A DNA stretch of 64,000 nucleotides, taken from Parcubacteria group bacterium (GTDB lineage Bacteria; Patescibacteriota; Patescibacteriia; Patescibacteriales; GWC2-42-12). How positions within the stretch are numbered: the stretch's first letter is position 1; each line of letters begins with the position of its first letter. Below are positions 10,127-20,301 of the stretch, in pieces. A program made the translations under genes and the position numbers. The DNA lies in NCBI GenBank assembly GCA_016188785.1, contig JACPHD010000020.1:3306-67305 (forward strand), read 5' to 3'. Under the pieces are notes generated by a model. It was not told where the DNA came from and did not search any database. It saw only the letters and a program-made list of their open reading frames with translations.

Positions 10127-10975
10127 ATGGATTTATCAATCATCATCGTTTCCTGGAACGTTAAAGAAAAGCTGAAAGATAATTTAAGAGCGCTCTATGA
10201 AAGCCAAAACGTTGACTTTGAAATTTTTGTGGTGGACAATAATTCAAGCGACCAGACCGTGGCAATGGTAAAAAATGATTATCCAAAAGTGAAACTAATC
10301 GCTAATTCGGAAAATTTAGGTTTTGCTAAAGCTAATAACCAAGCGATTAAACTGGCCGCCGGCCGCTACATTCTTCTTTTAAATCCGGATATGCGCGTGT
10401 TTGACGATACTTTATCAAGAGTAGTTTCCTGGTCTGATAAGCATGAACGCGCCTGGGTGATCGGCTGCCGCTTAATAGATGAAAGCGCCAGAATCGTTAA
10501 GCAGGTGCGCTGTTTTCCCGGGCTGGCGGATCAACTAGCCATTATTTTAAAAGTTCCTCATATTTTCCCGGCCGTTTTAAATAAATACTTAATGAACGAT
10601 TTTGACTATTCTAAATCAGCTTCGGTTGATTCTATCAGGGGCGGCTTTTTTATGATTAGGCGGGAGGCGATTGCCAAAATCGGCTGGCTGGATGAAAGAT
10701 ATTTTTTATGGTTTGAGGAAGTTGATTATTGCCGGCGGGTTAAAGAGGCCGGCGGCGAAATTTGGTACGTGCCTGGCGCCGAATGCATTGATTTAATCGG
10801 GCAGAGTTTTAAGCAGGTTAATTTAGCCGTCAAGCAAAGATATTTCCGCGATTCCATGCTAAAATATTTTAAAAAGTGGCAGCCGGGTTGGCAGTACTGG
10901 CTTTTACGTTTAGCCTGGCCGCTGGGCTTAATGATTGTCCGGCTATGGAGCAGGTTAAGGGCTATTTTAAAATAG
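10127..10975 (+). CDS. GT2 glycosyltransferase (WbbL-like)
   Basis: IIIVSWN, VVDNNSSD, NLGFAKANN, LLNPD, EEVDYC. Confidence 0.9.
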   Translation: MDLSIIIVSWNVKEKLKDNLRALYESQNVDFEIFVVDNNSSDQTVAMVKNDYPKVKLIANSENLGFAKANNQAIKLAAGRYILLLNPDMRVFDDTLSRVVSWSDKHERAWVIGCRLIDESARIVKQVRCFPGLADQLAIILKVPHIFPAVLNKYLMNDFDYSKSASVDSIRGGFFMIRREAIAKIGWLDERYFLWFEEVDYCRRVKEAGGEIWYVPGAECIDLIGQSFKQVNLAVKQRYFRDSMLKYFKKWQPGWQYWLLRLAWPLGLMIVRLWSRLRAILK

Positions 10976-11051
10976 TCTTAAAAGAATTATTCGTTTTTAT
11001 ATCTCAAAAAAAATAAATTCAAAGCGGCCAATGTAAGGTCAGGATGTTAAT

Positions 11052-12488
11052 ATGGATTTTAAAAAAATAAAAAAAATATATTTAATCGGCGTTAAAGGCG
11101 TGGGCATGACCATGCTGGGGCAATATCTGGCCGCCCAAGGCGCGCAGGTAAGCGGTTCGGATGGGCCGGAAAAATACATGACTGACGCGGCGCTGAAAAA
11201 TTCCGGCATAAAAATTATTGAGCATTTTAATGCGGCTAATATACCTAAGGACGTTGATTTAGTTATTTATTCAACCGCTTATAATGCCGAAACTAACGTT
11301 GAAGTGGCCGTGGCTTTGTCTGGAAAAATAAAAACGCTTACTTACGCCCAGGCTCTGGGCGAAGTGTTTAACCAGAAATACGGTCTGGCCGTGGTTGGTT
11401 CGCATGGCAAAACCACGACCACGGCCTGGTTAGGCTATGTTATGAAAATGGCCGAGCTTGAACCCAGTGTTATGGTAGGCGCCTCTGTACCGCAATTTAA
11501 CGGCTGCGCTTTAACGGGTGAGTCTGATTATTTATTGATTGAAGCGGATGAATATCAAAACAAACTTAAATATTACGAGCCCAAAGCCGTAATTTTAACT
11601 AATATTGATTATGATCATCCTGATTTTTTTTCCACCGCGGAAGATTATAAAAATGTTTTTCTAGAATTTATAAAAAAAATTCCGGTTAAAGGATTTTTAG
11701 TCGCGAATTTTGACGATCCGCTAATTAGAAAAATCGCCAGAGTGAATTGCCGCGGCCAAGTTATAACTTATGCTCTTAACGAAGCGGCCGATTATGTGGC
11801 TTATGATATTAAAAGCGACGGGCAGAGGCAGTATTTTAAAGTAAAATTAGGGGCAGGAGATGAAGATAATCCCCCCTACCCCCCTTTATCAAGGGGGGAT
11901 GAGCTGGGTGATTTTTCTATTCGGCTCTGTGGTCGGCATAATATTTATAATGCTTTGGCCGTGATTGCCGCTAGCGTTGAGCTGGGCATTGAGCTTTTTA
12001 AAATCAGAAAATATTTAGAAGAATTTTCCGGCGCGGCCAGAAGAATGCAGGTTTTAGGCGAATTCAAGGGCGCGCTGGTAATTGACGATTATGCCCATCA
12101 CCCCACAGAAATAAAAGCTACTCTGGAAGCGCTGCGACAGAAATATGGCGGCCGGAAATTAGTCGTGGCTTTTCATCCGCATACTTTCAGCCGCACTAAA
12201 GCTTTGTTTAATAATTTTGCCCAAAGTTTCAGCCAGGCCGATGAACTGATTATTATTGACATTTACGGTTCGGCGCGAGAAAAACAAGGCGGGGTGAGTA
12301 GTTTGGAATTGACGAGAGAAATAAGAATCAGGAATCAGGAATCAGGAATCAGGCAAACTGTGGATCATATTCCAACGCTGGCTGAATGTGAAGAATATTT
12401 ACGGCGAAAAGCCAAGAGAGATGATATTATTGTGTTAATGGGCGCCGGGGATATATTTAGGGTAGGAAATAATTTATTGAGCAAATAA
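11052..12488 (+). CDS. murC: UDP-N-acetylmuramate--L-alanine ligase, with two in-frame repeat insertions
   Basis: GVKGVGM, GSHGKTTTT, IEADEY, DDYAHHPTE, FHPH, MGAGD. Confidence 0.95.
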   Translation: MDFKKIKKIYLIGVKGVGMTMLGQYLAAQGAQVSGSDGPEKYMTDAALKNSGIKIIEHFNAANIPKDVDLVIYSTAYNAETNVEVAVALSGKIKTLTYAQALGEVFNQKYGLAVVGSHGKTTTTAWLGYVMKMAELEPSVMVGASVPQFNGCALTGESDYLLIEADEYQNKLKYYEPKAVILTNIDYDHPDFFSTAEDYKNVFLEFIKKIPVKGFLVANFDDPLIRKIARVNCRGQVITYALNEAADYVAYDIKSDGQRQYFKVKLGAGDEDNPPYPPLSRGDELGDFSIRLCGRHNIYNALAVIAASVELGIELFKIRKYLEEFSGAARRMQVLGEFKGALVIDDYAHHPTEIKATLEALRQKYGGRKLVVAFHPHTFSRTKALFNNFAQSFSQADELIIIDIYGSAREKQGGVSSLELTREIRIRNQESGIRQTVDHIPTLAECEEYLRRKAKRDDIIVLMGAGDIFRVGNNLLSK

Positions 12489-12496
12489 ATAGTTCT

Positions 12497-12593
12497 AATA
12501 ATACGAATTACGAATTTGTTACGAATTTACAAATACTGTCATAAATGTTTTGTTTAATTTCGTAAATTCGTAAAGGATTTGTAATTCGTATAT
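12497..12593. repeat. Inverted pair of heptamer arrays (family E, empty)
   Basis: (ACGAATT)n ... (AATTCGT)n. Confidence 0.7.
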
Positions 12594-12595
12594 TT

Positions 12596-14386
12596 ATGAA
12601 AGAAAAATTAAACTTAAAATTAGATAAAAGGCCGGTTAAGATGCGGCAATTTTGGCGAAGATTGTGGCGGCTGATCGCGCCAACTCATAAGCAAATTATT
12701 TATTTGTTTATTTTAATCGCGGCTTATGAAATTTTTAAATTTGTCGGGCCGTATTTGCTTAAAAAAATTATTGATTTGATCACTGATTTTAAGCCCGAGC
12801 ATATAAAGAATATATTATTTTTTATATTTTTAATTTTAATTTTTGATTTAGTAGTGGCTATAATTGATTATTTCGCGGATAAAGAAAGTTTTAAGATATT
12901 AGCTGAAGTGGAAAGATACTTATCGGTTAACGCTCAGGAAAAAATGGTCAGGCTGGGCCTGGCTTATCATGAAAGAGAAAATACCGGCAATAAAATATTT
13001 AAAATCAGGCGCGGCATTGATAAAATAATTGAACTGTTGATGAATTCATTTTTTGAAGTCGGTCCGACCGTAATTCAGGTTATCCTTACCGCCATCATCA
13101 TGTTTTTTGTGGACTGGCGTTTTGGCTTGATTTTTTCTTTATTCGCGCCGCTGTTCGCCTGGCTGACCGCCAAACTGAATTTAGAAATTAGCCCTTTGCG
13201 CAAATTCCGGCATGACAGGTATGAAGAAGCGGCCGGTAAAATGGCCCAGACTATTATCAATATCAATACGGTAAAATCGTTCGTCCATGAAGAGCGGGAA
13301 ATAAAAGAATACGGCGCCATCGAGCAGAAAACTAAGCGAGTGGCTTTGTTTGAACATTTTAAAATGCTGAAATTTAATTTTTCCCGGATTATGGTAATAA
13401 CTTTAGGCCGGATTTCAATTATACTGTTCGGCGTTTATTTGGCCTGGCAGGGCAGTATCACTGTCGGCAGTCTGGTTTTTATTATTACCATTTCGGAAAA
13501 AGCTTTAATTTCTTTGTTTAGAATTTCCCGGCTGTATGACCGGATTATGGATTCAAGCGAAGCTATTGATCTGCTGTATAAATTAAATCGCGAAGCGCCG
13601 GACATAGTTAATCCCGAACAGGGCCTTAAAGTTAAAGGGCTTAAAGGCGCGGTTGAATTTAAGCAAGTTGATTTTATCTATCGCCATAGCAAAGTAAAAG
13701 CGCTTGACCGGGTAAGTTTTAAGATCAATGCCGGCGGTTTTACGGCTTTGGTCGGTCCGTCGGGCGGCGGCAAGACCACGGTGGCGCGCCTGATTTACCG
13801 CCACTACGATCCGGCTTCGGGCGCGGTCCTGCTTGATGGCAAAAATTTAACCGAATATGATTTGTACGGCTTTAGAAAATTCATGGCTATTGTGCCGCAA
13901 GAGGTGGAAATTTTTGATTCCAGCGCTAAAGACAATATCGCTTACGCCAGGCCGGATGCGAGTTTTAGGGAAATTACCGCCGCGGCTAAAATCGCCAATG
14001 CCGCGGAATTCATTGAAAAATTAGCTCAAGGCTATAATACTTTAGTGGGCGAGCGGGGCATAAAACTTTCCGGCGGACAAAGACAGCGCCTCGGCATCGC
14101 CCGGGCCGTACTGGCTAATCCGAAAATTTTAATTTTTGATGAAGCCACCTCTAATCTGGACTCTTACAGCGAGAAATTAATTCAAGAAGCTTTAAGTAAA
14201 ATCAGCCGCGGCCGAACGGTTATCGTGATCGCCCATCGGTTGAGTACAATTCAGCAAGCCGATAAAATAATCGTTTTGGAAAACGGCCAGGTGGCGGAGC
14301 AAGGCAGCCATCATGAACTTGCTAAAATAAACGGCGGTTTATATAAAAAATTGTTAAATCTCCAGCGATTGGGGGATATCAAGTAG
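12596..14386 (+). CDS. ABC exporter, fused permease/ATPase (MsbA/Sav1866-like)
   Basis: N-terminal TM helices; GPSGGGKT, LSGGQRQR, FDEATS. Confidence 0.93.
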   Translation: MKEKLNLKLDKRPVKMRQFWRRLWRLIAPTHKQIIYLFILIAAYEIFKFVGPYLLKKIIDLITDFKPEHIKNILFFIFLILIFDLVVAIIDYFADKESFKILAEVERYLSVNAQEKMVRLGLAYHERENTGNKIFKIRRGIDKIIELLMNSFFEVGPTVIQVILTAIIMFFVDWRFGLIFSLFAPLFAWLTAKLNLEISPLRKFRHDRYEEAAGKMAQTIININTVKSFVHEEREIKEYGAIEQKTKRVALFEHFKMLKFNFSRIMVITLGRISIILFGVYLAWQGSITVGSLVFIITISEKALISLFRISRLYDRIMDSSEAIDLLYKLNREAPDIVNPEQGLKVKGLKGAVEFKQVDFIYRHSKVKALDRVSFKINAGGFTALVGPSGGGKTTVARLIYRHYDPASGAVLLDGKNLTEYDLYGFRKFMAIVPQEVEIFDSSAKDNIAYARPDASFREITAAAKIANAAEFIEKLAQGYNTLVGERGIKLSGGQRQRLGIARAVLANPKILIFDEATSNLDSYSEKLIQEALSKISRGRTVIVIAHRLSTIQQADKIIVLENGQVAEQGSHHELAKINGGLYKKLLNLQRLGDIK

Positions 14387-14923
14387 ATGATAGTAAAAAT
14401 AATCACTAATATTATATTGATAATCGTTTTGGCCGTGGTGCAGATTTCCTTAATTAGCGCCTTACCCGGCCTAGCCGGCAATTTGAATTTAGTTTTAGTG
14501 GCGCTAATTTTTATTTTAGGTTTTTCCAGTCTTGATTTCGCGGCCTGGTGGACGATTGGCCTTGGTTTTTTATTGGAAATTTTTTCTTTTTTGCCTTTTG
14601 GCGCTTATCTTATTAGCTTAAGCCTTACGCTTATGATCGCTAATTTTTTACTGAATTATTTTTTTACCAATCGTTCGCTTTATTCATTTTTAGCCCTTAC
14701 CGGTTTAGCCACGGTTATTTATGAATTAATAATTAATTTTTTTGTTTTAATTTTTATGGAGATAAATTTACCGGCGGCGCTAACGGCCGGTAATTTTTGG
14801 TTTTCCAAATTAGAGCAAATCGGCTTGAATCTTTTACTGGCTGTTATTATCTATTATATAATTCATTTTTTAGGCAGAAATTTAAGGCCGGTATTTTTAT
14901 TTCACGGGGTAAAAAAATATTAA
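14387..14923 (+). CDS. mreD: Rod-shape protein MreD-like membrane protein
   Basis: Very hydrophobic 178 aa directly upstream of PBP2; weak 'NLVLVALIF/GLGFLLEIFS' similarity. Confidence 0.6.
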   Translation: MIVKIITNIILIIVLAVVQISLISALPGLAGNLNLVLVALIFILGFSSLDFAAWWTIGLGFLLEIFSFLPFGAYLISLSLTLMIANFLLNYFFTNRSLYSFLALTGLATVIYELIINFFVLIFMEINLPAALTAGNFWFSKLEQIGLNLLLAVIIYYIIHFLGRNLRPVFLFHGVKKY

Positions 14924-14924
14924 C

Positions 14925-16874
14925 ATGGTTTTTTCATTTAGAAAACAATTTAAAAGAAGCCAGCCTTTTACCATCAGACAAGGCGAGATTAAGTTTGGCA
15001 AGTTGAACCGTGGCGCGGCCGCCGATTGGCTGGAAGAGACCGTTGGCACTAAAGAAACTATTGGCAGAAATTTTGACATAAATAAAATTTTTAAAATAAA
15101 TTTAGTCTGGCTTTTTTTTATGCTGATTATTGTCGGCCGCGCCGCCTGGCTGCAGTTAGCCAAAGGAGATTATTACCATGAATTAGCCGAAGGCAACCGC
15201 ATCAGAGTTGAAAGGCTGGAAAGCCGGCGGGGGATAATTTATGATCGCGCGCTTAGGCCCTTAGTCAGAAATTCGGCTAATTTTTTATTATATCTGGTGC
15301 CGGCCGATTTGCCGAAAGATAGTTTGGCGCGCCAGGTCATTATTAAAAAGCTTAGTGAAAATTTAGGCAATTTAGAGCTTGAGGACATGGTAAGTTCGCT
15401 GTCCAAAGTTAAGCCTGGTTCGCTGGAATCATATCAGCCGCTGTTTATCGCCGATAATATTGAATATGATAAGGCCCTAAAGCTTTATTTAGCCTCGGCT
15501 AACCTGCCCGGCGTGGTTATAACCAATAAAACCAGGCGGGAATATAATTTATTCAGCTTGTCTTTATCGCATATCCTGGGTTATACGGGAAAAATTAATG
15601 ATAAAGAATTGGCTAAATTCGGTTTAGACTATCTGCCGATTGATTATATCGGCAAAAGCGGTTTGGAAAATTTTTGGGAAAACGAAATGAAGGGCGCTAA
15701 TGGCCAGAAACAAATTGAAGTTGACGCTTTAGGCAAAGAAAAAAAGATTATTAACCAAGAAGCCGGCCAGGACGGGCATAATTTAGTTTTATCAATTGAC
15801 ATTGATTTACAGAAAAAATTGGAGCGGTCGGTCATAGCCGTTTTAGAGAAAATTCATCTTAATAAAGCTTGCGCCATCGCCTTGGATCCAAATAACGGCG
15901 AAATTTTAGCCATGATCAGCTTGCCTTCATACAATAATAATGATTTTGCCCGCGGTTTAACGGCCGCAGAGTATCAGAATATCGCCAATCATCCTGACCA
16001 CCCTTTATTCAACCGCTGTATTTCCGGCGAATACCCGTCAGGTTCAACTATCAAGCCTGTCATCGCGGCCGCGGCGCTTGAGGAAAAGGTCATTAACGAG
16101 ACTACCAGTTTTTTAAGCGCCGGAGGCATAAGAATCGGCCAGTGGTTTTTTCCGGACTGGAAAGCCGGCGGGCATGGTGCGACTAATGTCAGGCGGGCCT
16201 TAGCCGAGTCAGTTAATACTTTTTTTTATTATATCGGCGGCGGTTATCAGGATTTTCAAGGACTAGGACTGGAACGGATGGTACGATATGAAAAATTATT
16301 CGGCTTGGCCGCTCAAGCCGGCATTGATCTGCCGAGCGAAGCCGGCGGGTTTTTACCGACCGCGGAATGGAAGCAAAAAACTAAAGGCGAGCCCTGGTAT
16401 ATCGGCGATACTTATCATTTAGCCATTGGCCAGGGTGATACTTTAGTTACACCTTTACAGATTGCCGACTATACGGCGATTTTTGCTAATCACGGCTCTT
16501 TATACCGGCCGCATTTAATCAGGCAGATTTTAAACAGCCGCGATGAGTTAATCGGTCAGGTTGATAACCGGCCGGTCAAAGTTAATATTATCAGTTCTAA
16601 AAATATAGAGATTGTCCGGCAGGGCATGAGGCAGGCGGTGACGGCCGGCAGCGCGCGCAGTCTGCAGTCAGTGCCGGTCCCAGTAGCCGGCAAAACCGGC
16701 ACGGCGCAATGGTCAGCCAATAAGCCGACTCATGCCTGGTTCACCGGTTTCGCGCCTTACGATAAGCCGCAAATCGTGATCACGATTTTAATTGAGTCCG
16801 GCGGCGAAGGCTCGTCTACGGCCGTACCAATCGCCAATGAAGTTTTGAGCTGGTGGTTTAGTCAGAAGAGATAG
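14925..16874 (+). CDS. mrdA: Penicillin-binding protein 2
   Basis: RGIIYDR, YPSGSTIK (SxxK), SVN, GKTGTAQ. Confidence 0.93.
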   Translation: MVFSFRKQFKRSQPFTIRQGEIKFGKLNRGAAADWLEETVGTKETIGRNFDINKIFKINLVWLFFMLIIVGRAAWLQLAKGDYYHELAEGNRIRVERLESRRGIIYDRALRPLVRNSANFLLYLVPADLPKDSLARQVIIKKLSENLGNLELEDMVSSLSKVKPGSLESYQPLFIADNIEYDKALKLYLASANLPGVVITNKTRREYNLFSLSLSHILGYTGKINDKELAKFGLDYLPIDYIGKSGLENFWENEMKGANGQKQIEVDALGKEKKIINQEAGQDGHNLVLSIDIDLQKKLERSVIAVLEKIHLNKACAIALDPNNGEILAMISLPSYNNNDFARGLTAAEYQNIANHPDHPLFNRCISGEYPSGSTIKPVIAAAALEEKVINETTSFLSAGGIRIGQWFFPDWKAGGHGATNVRRALAESVNTFFYYIGGGYQDFQGLGLERMVRYEKLFGLAAQAGIDLPSEAGGFLPTAEWKQKTKGEPWYIGDTYHLAIGQGDTLVTPLQIADYTAIFANHGSLYRPHLIRQILNSRDELIGQVDNRPVKVNIISSKNIEIVRQGMRQAVTAGSARSLQSVPVPVAGKTGTAQWSANKPTHAWFTGFAPYDKPQIVITILIESGGEGSSTAVPIANEVLSWWFSQKR

Positions 16875-16887
16875 GTATATACAGATA

Positions 16888-16929
16888 CAGACCCGCGTGG
16901 TCTGCAAGCCTGCAGACCCCGCGGGTCTG
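16888..16929. repeat. REP-like double hairpin
   Basis: CAGACCCGCGTGGTCTG and CAGACCCCGCGGGTCTG, separated by 8 nt. Confidence 0.6.
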
Positions 16930-16937
16930 GTAAAAAA

Positions 16938-16964
16938 TTAGCACTCTTGACAAGAGAGTGCTAA
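16938..16964 (+). promoter_or_regulatory. CIRCE operator overlapping the hrcA promoter
   Basis: Perfect TTAGCACTC-N9-GAGTGCTAA. TTGACA lies inside the spacer; TAAAAT at 16971-16976. Confidence 0.97.
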
Positions 16965-16988
16965 TTGCTGTAAAATGGTTTTATATGG

Positions 16989-17051
16989 ACCCCGTTAGAT
17001 AAAATATAAGTTTAACGGCGGTCATAAATATATGAAGATATCTAACGGGGT
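16989..17051. repeat. Family D palindromic element at the hrcA start
   Basis: ACCCCGTTAGATA...TATCTAACGGGGT. Confidence 0.85.
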
Positions 17052-17745
17052 GGATAAACGCAAGGAATTGATACTGAAAACCATTATTAAAGAGCATATT
17101 AAAACCGCTTTGCCGGTCGGCTCAGAAGGCTTAGTTGATAAGTATAATTTAGACATTTCTTCGGCCACGGTCAGAAACGAAATGGCCGAACTGGAACAAT
17201 CCGGCTATATTGCCCAGCCGCACACTTCAGCCGGCCGCATACCTACGGAAAAGGCTTATAATTTCTACTTAGAAAATTTAAGCGAAAAAAATTTAAGCCA
17301 GGCCGAGGTTAAGCAGTTTGAGAAGTTATTGGCTAAAAAAAATGAAATCAGTTTTAAGCAGGCGGCTAAAGATATGGCGAAAATTTCTGACAACGCGGTT
17401 TTTTGGGCCTTTCATAAGCATAATCTTTATTACACCGGCATTTCTAATCTCCTGCATCAGCCGGAGTTTTCCCAAACCGGTTTGATCTATGATATTTCCG
17501 AAGTGATTGACCGGGTTGATGAAATTATCGGGCAGATTTTTAATGATTTGAAGTTCGGGCCGCAAATTATGCTGGGTTCAAAAAATCCGTTTAGCCCGCA
17601 TTGCGGCGCGGTTTTAGCCAAGTATCGGCTTAATGATAATATCGGCTTAGTCGGCATTTTAGGCCCGGTCAGGATGAATTATGAAAAAAATTTGGCCTTG
17701 ATAAAATTTATAAATAATATATTAATGGACCCCGTTAGAAGTTAA
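17032..17745 (+). CDS. hrcA: Heat-inducible transcription repressor (short form); GTG at 17050 is an alternative start
   Basis: SSATVRNEMAELE, QPHTSAGRIPT, GILGPVRMNY; downstream of CIRCE. Confidence 0.95.
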   Translation: MKISNGVDKRKELILKTIIKEHIKTALPVGSEGLVDKYNLDISSATVRNEMAELEQSGYIAQPHTSAGRIPTEKAYNFYLENLSEKNLSQAEVKQFEKLLAKKNEISFKQAAKDMAKISDNAVFWAFHKHNLYYTGISNLLHQPEFSQTGLIYDISEVIDRVDEIIGQIFNDLKFGPQIMLGSKNPFSPHCGAVLAKYRLNDNIGLVGILGPVRMNYEKNLALIKFINNILMDPVRS

Positions 17746-17808
17746 GATTTTAACGAGTAATACGATAAGTATTTTAATTATAAACTTGCCTGCTGACTTC
17801 TAACGGGG
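17729..17808. repeat. Family D palindromic element at the hrcA 3' end
   Basis: ACCCCGTTAGAAGT...ACTTCTAACGGGG. Confidence 0.8.
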
Positions 17809-17823
17809 CGGGAAAATAATATT

Positions 17824-18762
17824 ATGACGGAAGAAAAAGAGATTAATAATTTTGGTTGTAAGTACGCTATTAGCGGCGCCAGCGCGTTTATTTTTAATGA
17901 GCAAGGCAAATTATTTTTAACCAGATCGCCGAAATGGAATAATTTATGGGTGGTCCATGGCGGCAAAGTTGAATTTGGCGAGAGTTTAGAGGAGGCTTTA
18001 AAAAGGGAAATTAAAGAAGAAACCAATTTATCTATAAGAGATATCAGATATTTTATAACAGTAGAATTAAATAGAACCGAAGCGAGGCCTGATCTGCATA
18101 TGGTGGTGAATGAATATATCGCGCTAACCAGCGATAGCGAGGTAAAATTAAATAATGAACATAGCGAATTTGATTGGCGTACGCCTGAAGACTGGCTTAA
18201 AGAAAAAGATTTATATCCTAATGTCAGAGAGGCAATTGAATATTATTTAAATGAATTTTTACCTAAACAAGACTGTGAAAATTTATATAAGCGCGCTTTA
18301 GCCGATTATCAAAATTTATTAAAACAAACGGCTAAAGAAAAAATGCAATTCGCGGCTTACGCCAATGAGCAGATGTTAAGAGAAATTTTGCCGGTGTATG
18401 ATCATTTAAAATTAGCCATGGAGCATCATACCGCGTCCGCAACGCCTTGCCACGCCTGCCTTGCAAGCAAGGCATTGCGGGCAGGCTTGCGAGACGGGCG
18501 GGACGGCGAGTCAGCCGACGACTGGCTTAAAGGCGTAGAGTATGTGGTTAAGCAATTTAAAGATGTTTTGGAAAAAAGCGGCATTGAAGAGATAAAAATT
18601 GAAGATAAAAAATTTGACCATAATTTAATGGAGGCGTTAAATAGCGAAGAAACCGATGACCAAAATCTTGACGGCCAAGTGGCCAGACAGATTAAAGCCG
18701 GCTATAAGCTGAACGGGAAAATTATTGAGCCGGTTAAGGTGGTGGTATATAAGTTGAAATAA
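17824..18762 (+). CDS. grpE: Nudix hydrolase-GrpE fusion with a 72-nt in-frame palindromic insert
   Basis: Nudix box GGKVEFGESLEEALKREIKEETNL, then GrpE motifs RALADYQN, LPVYDHL, FDHNLMEA, GYKLNGK...VVV. Confidence 0.88.
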   Translation: MTEEKEINNFGCKYAISGASAFIFNEQGKLFLTRSPKWNNLWVVHGGKVEFGESLEEALKREIKEETNLSIRDIRYFITVELNRTEARPDLHMVVNEYIALTSDSEVKLNNEHSEFDWRTPEDWLKEKDLYPNVREAIEYYLNEFLPKQDCENLYKRALADYQNLLKQTAKEKMQFAAYANEQMLREILPVYDHLKLAMEHHTASATPCHACLASKALRAGLRDGRDGESADDWLKGVEYVVKQFKDVLEKSGIEEIKIEDKKFDHNLMEALNSEETDDQNLDGQVARQIKAGYKLNGKIIEPVKVVVYKLK

Positions 18763-18873
18763 TTTTCAATTTTCAATGATCAATTTTCAATGAATGACCA
18801 ATTATCAAATTTTCAATTGAAAATTATAATATTGGAAATTGTTTGAAAATTGGAAATTGATAATTGAAAATTG
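18760..18873. repeat. Inverted pair of heptamer arrays (family E, empty)
   Basis: (AATTTTC)n ... (GAAAATT)n. Confidence 0.75.
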
Positions 18874-18952
18874 AACAAAGATTAAATAATAATTAAATTT
18901 ATTTCCGCGGTTAATTCTGGCAAACGGAATTAACGCGGTGGAGGAAAAAAAT

Positions 18953-19381
18953 ATGCCCATCATAAAATGGACGCCATTCCTTGAACCGTTTGAGGAGATG
19001 GATAAAATGTTTGAAAGTTTAATGCCGACGCGCGGCGACTATACCGGCTATATGCCGGCCGTGGATGTTTATCAGGACAAAGATAAAGTTTATGTGGAAA
19101 CGCAATTGGCCGGCATTGATCCGGATAAAGTTGACATTTCCATTGAAAATGATGTTTTAACCATTAAAGGCGAAAGCGAAAAGAAAAGCGAAGTGGAAGA
19201 TAAAAATTATTACCGCAAGGAAATCAGGCGCGGCAGTTTTTTCAGGAGCGTGCCTTTGCCGGCGCATGTTTTAGGGGGAGAGGCTAGCGCCGAAGCGGTT
19301 AACGGCATTTTAAAAATTACCGCGCCCAAAGCGCCCGAAGCCAAGCCTAAGACGATTAAAATTAAGACAAATAGGAAGTAG
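18953..19381 (+). CDS. Hsp20/alpha-crystallin small heat-shock protein
   Basis: PAVDVY, LTIKGE, RGSFFRSVPLP, NGILKIT; SD GGAGG before ATG 18953. Confidence 0.95.
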   Translation: MPIIKWTPFLEPFEEMDKMFESLMPTRGDYTGYMPAVDVYQDKDKVYVETQLAGIDPDKVDISIENDVLTIKGESEKKSEVEDKNYYRKEIRRGSFFRSVPLPAHVLGGEASAEAVNGILKITAPKAPEAKPKTIKIKTNRK

Positions 19382-19406
19382 AAGTTAGAAGTAATAAAAT
19401 TCATCT

Positions 19407-20291
<885 letters not shown>

Positions 20292-20301
20292 AAGAATAAA
20301 T

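Noticed and set aside
18905..18938. RNA thermometer upstream of hsp20
   Set aside because: A hairpin is present but it does not clearly pair with the GGAGG SD, and no ROSE or fourU motif is seen.
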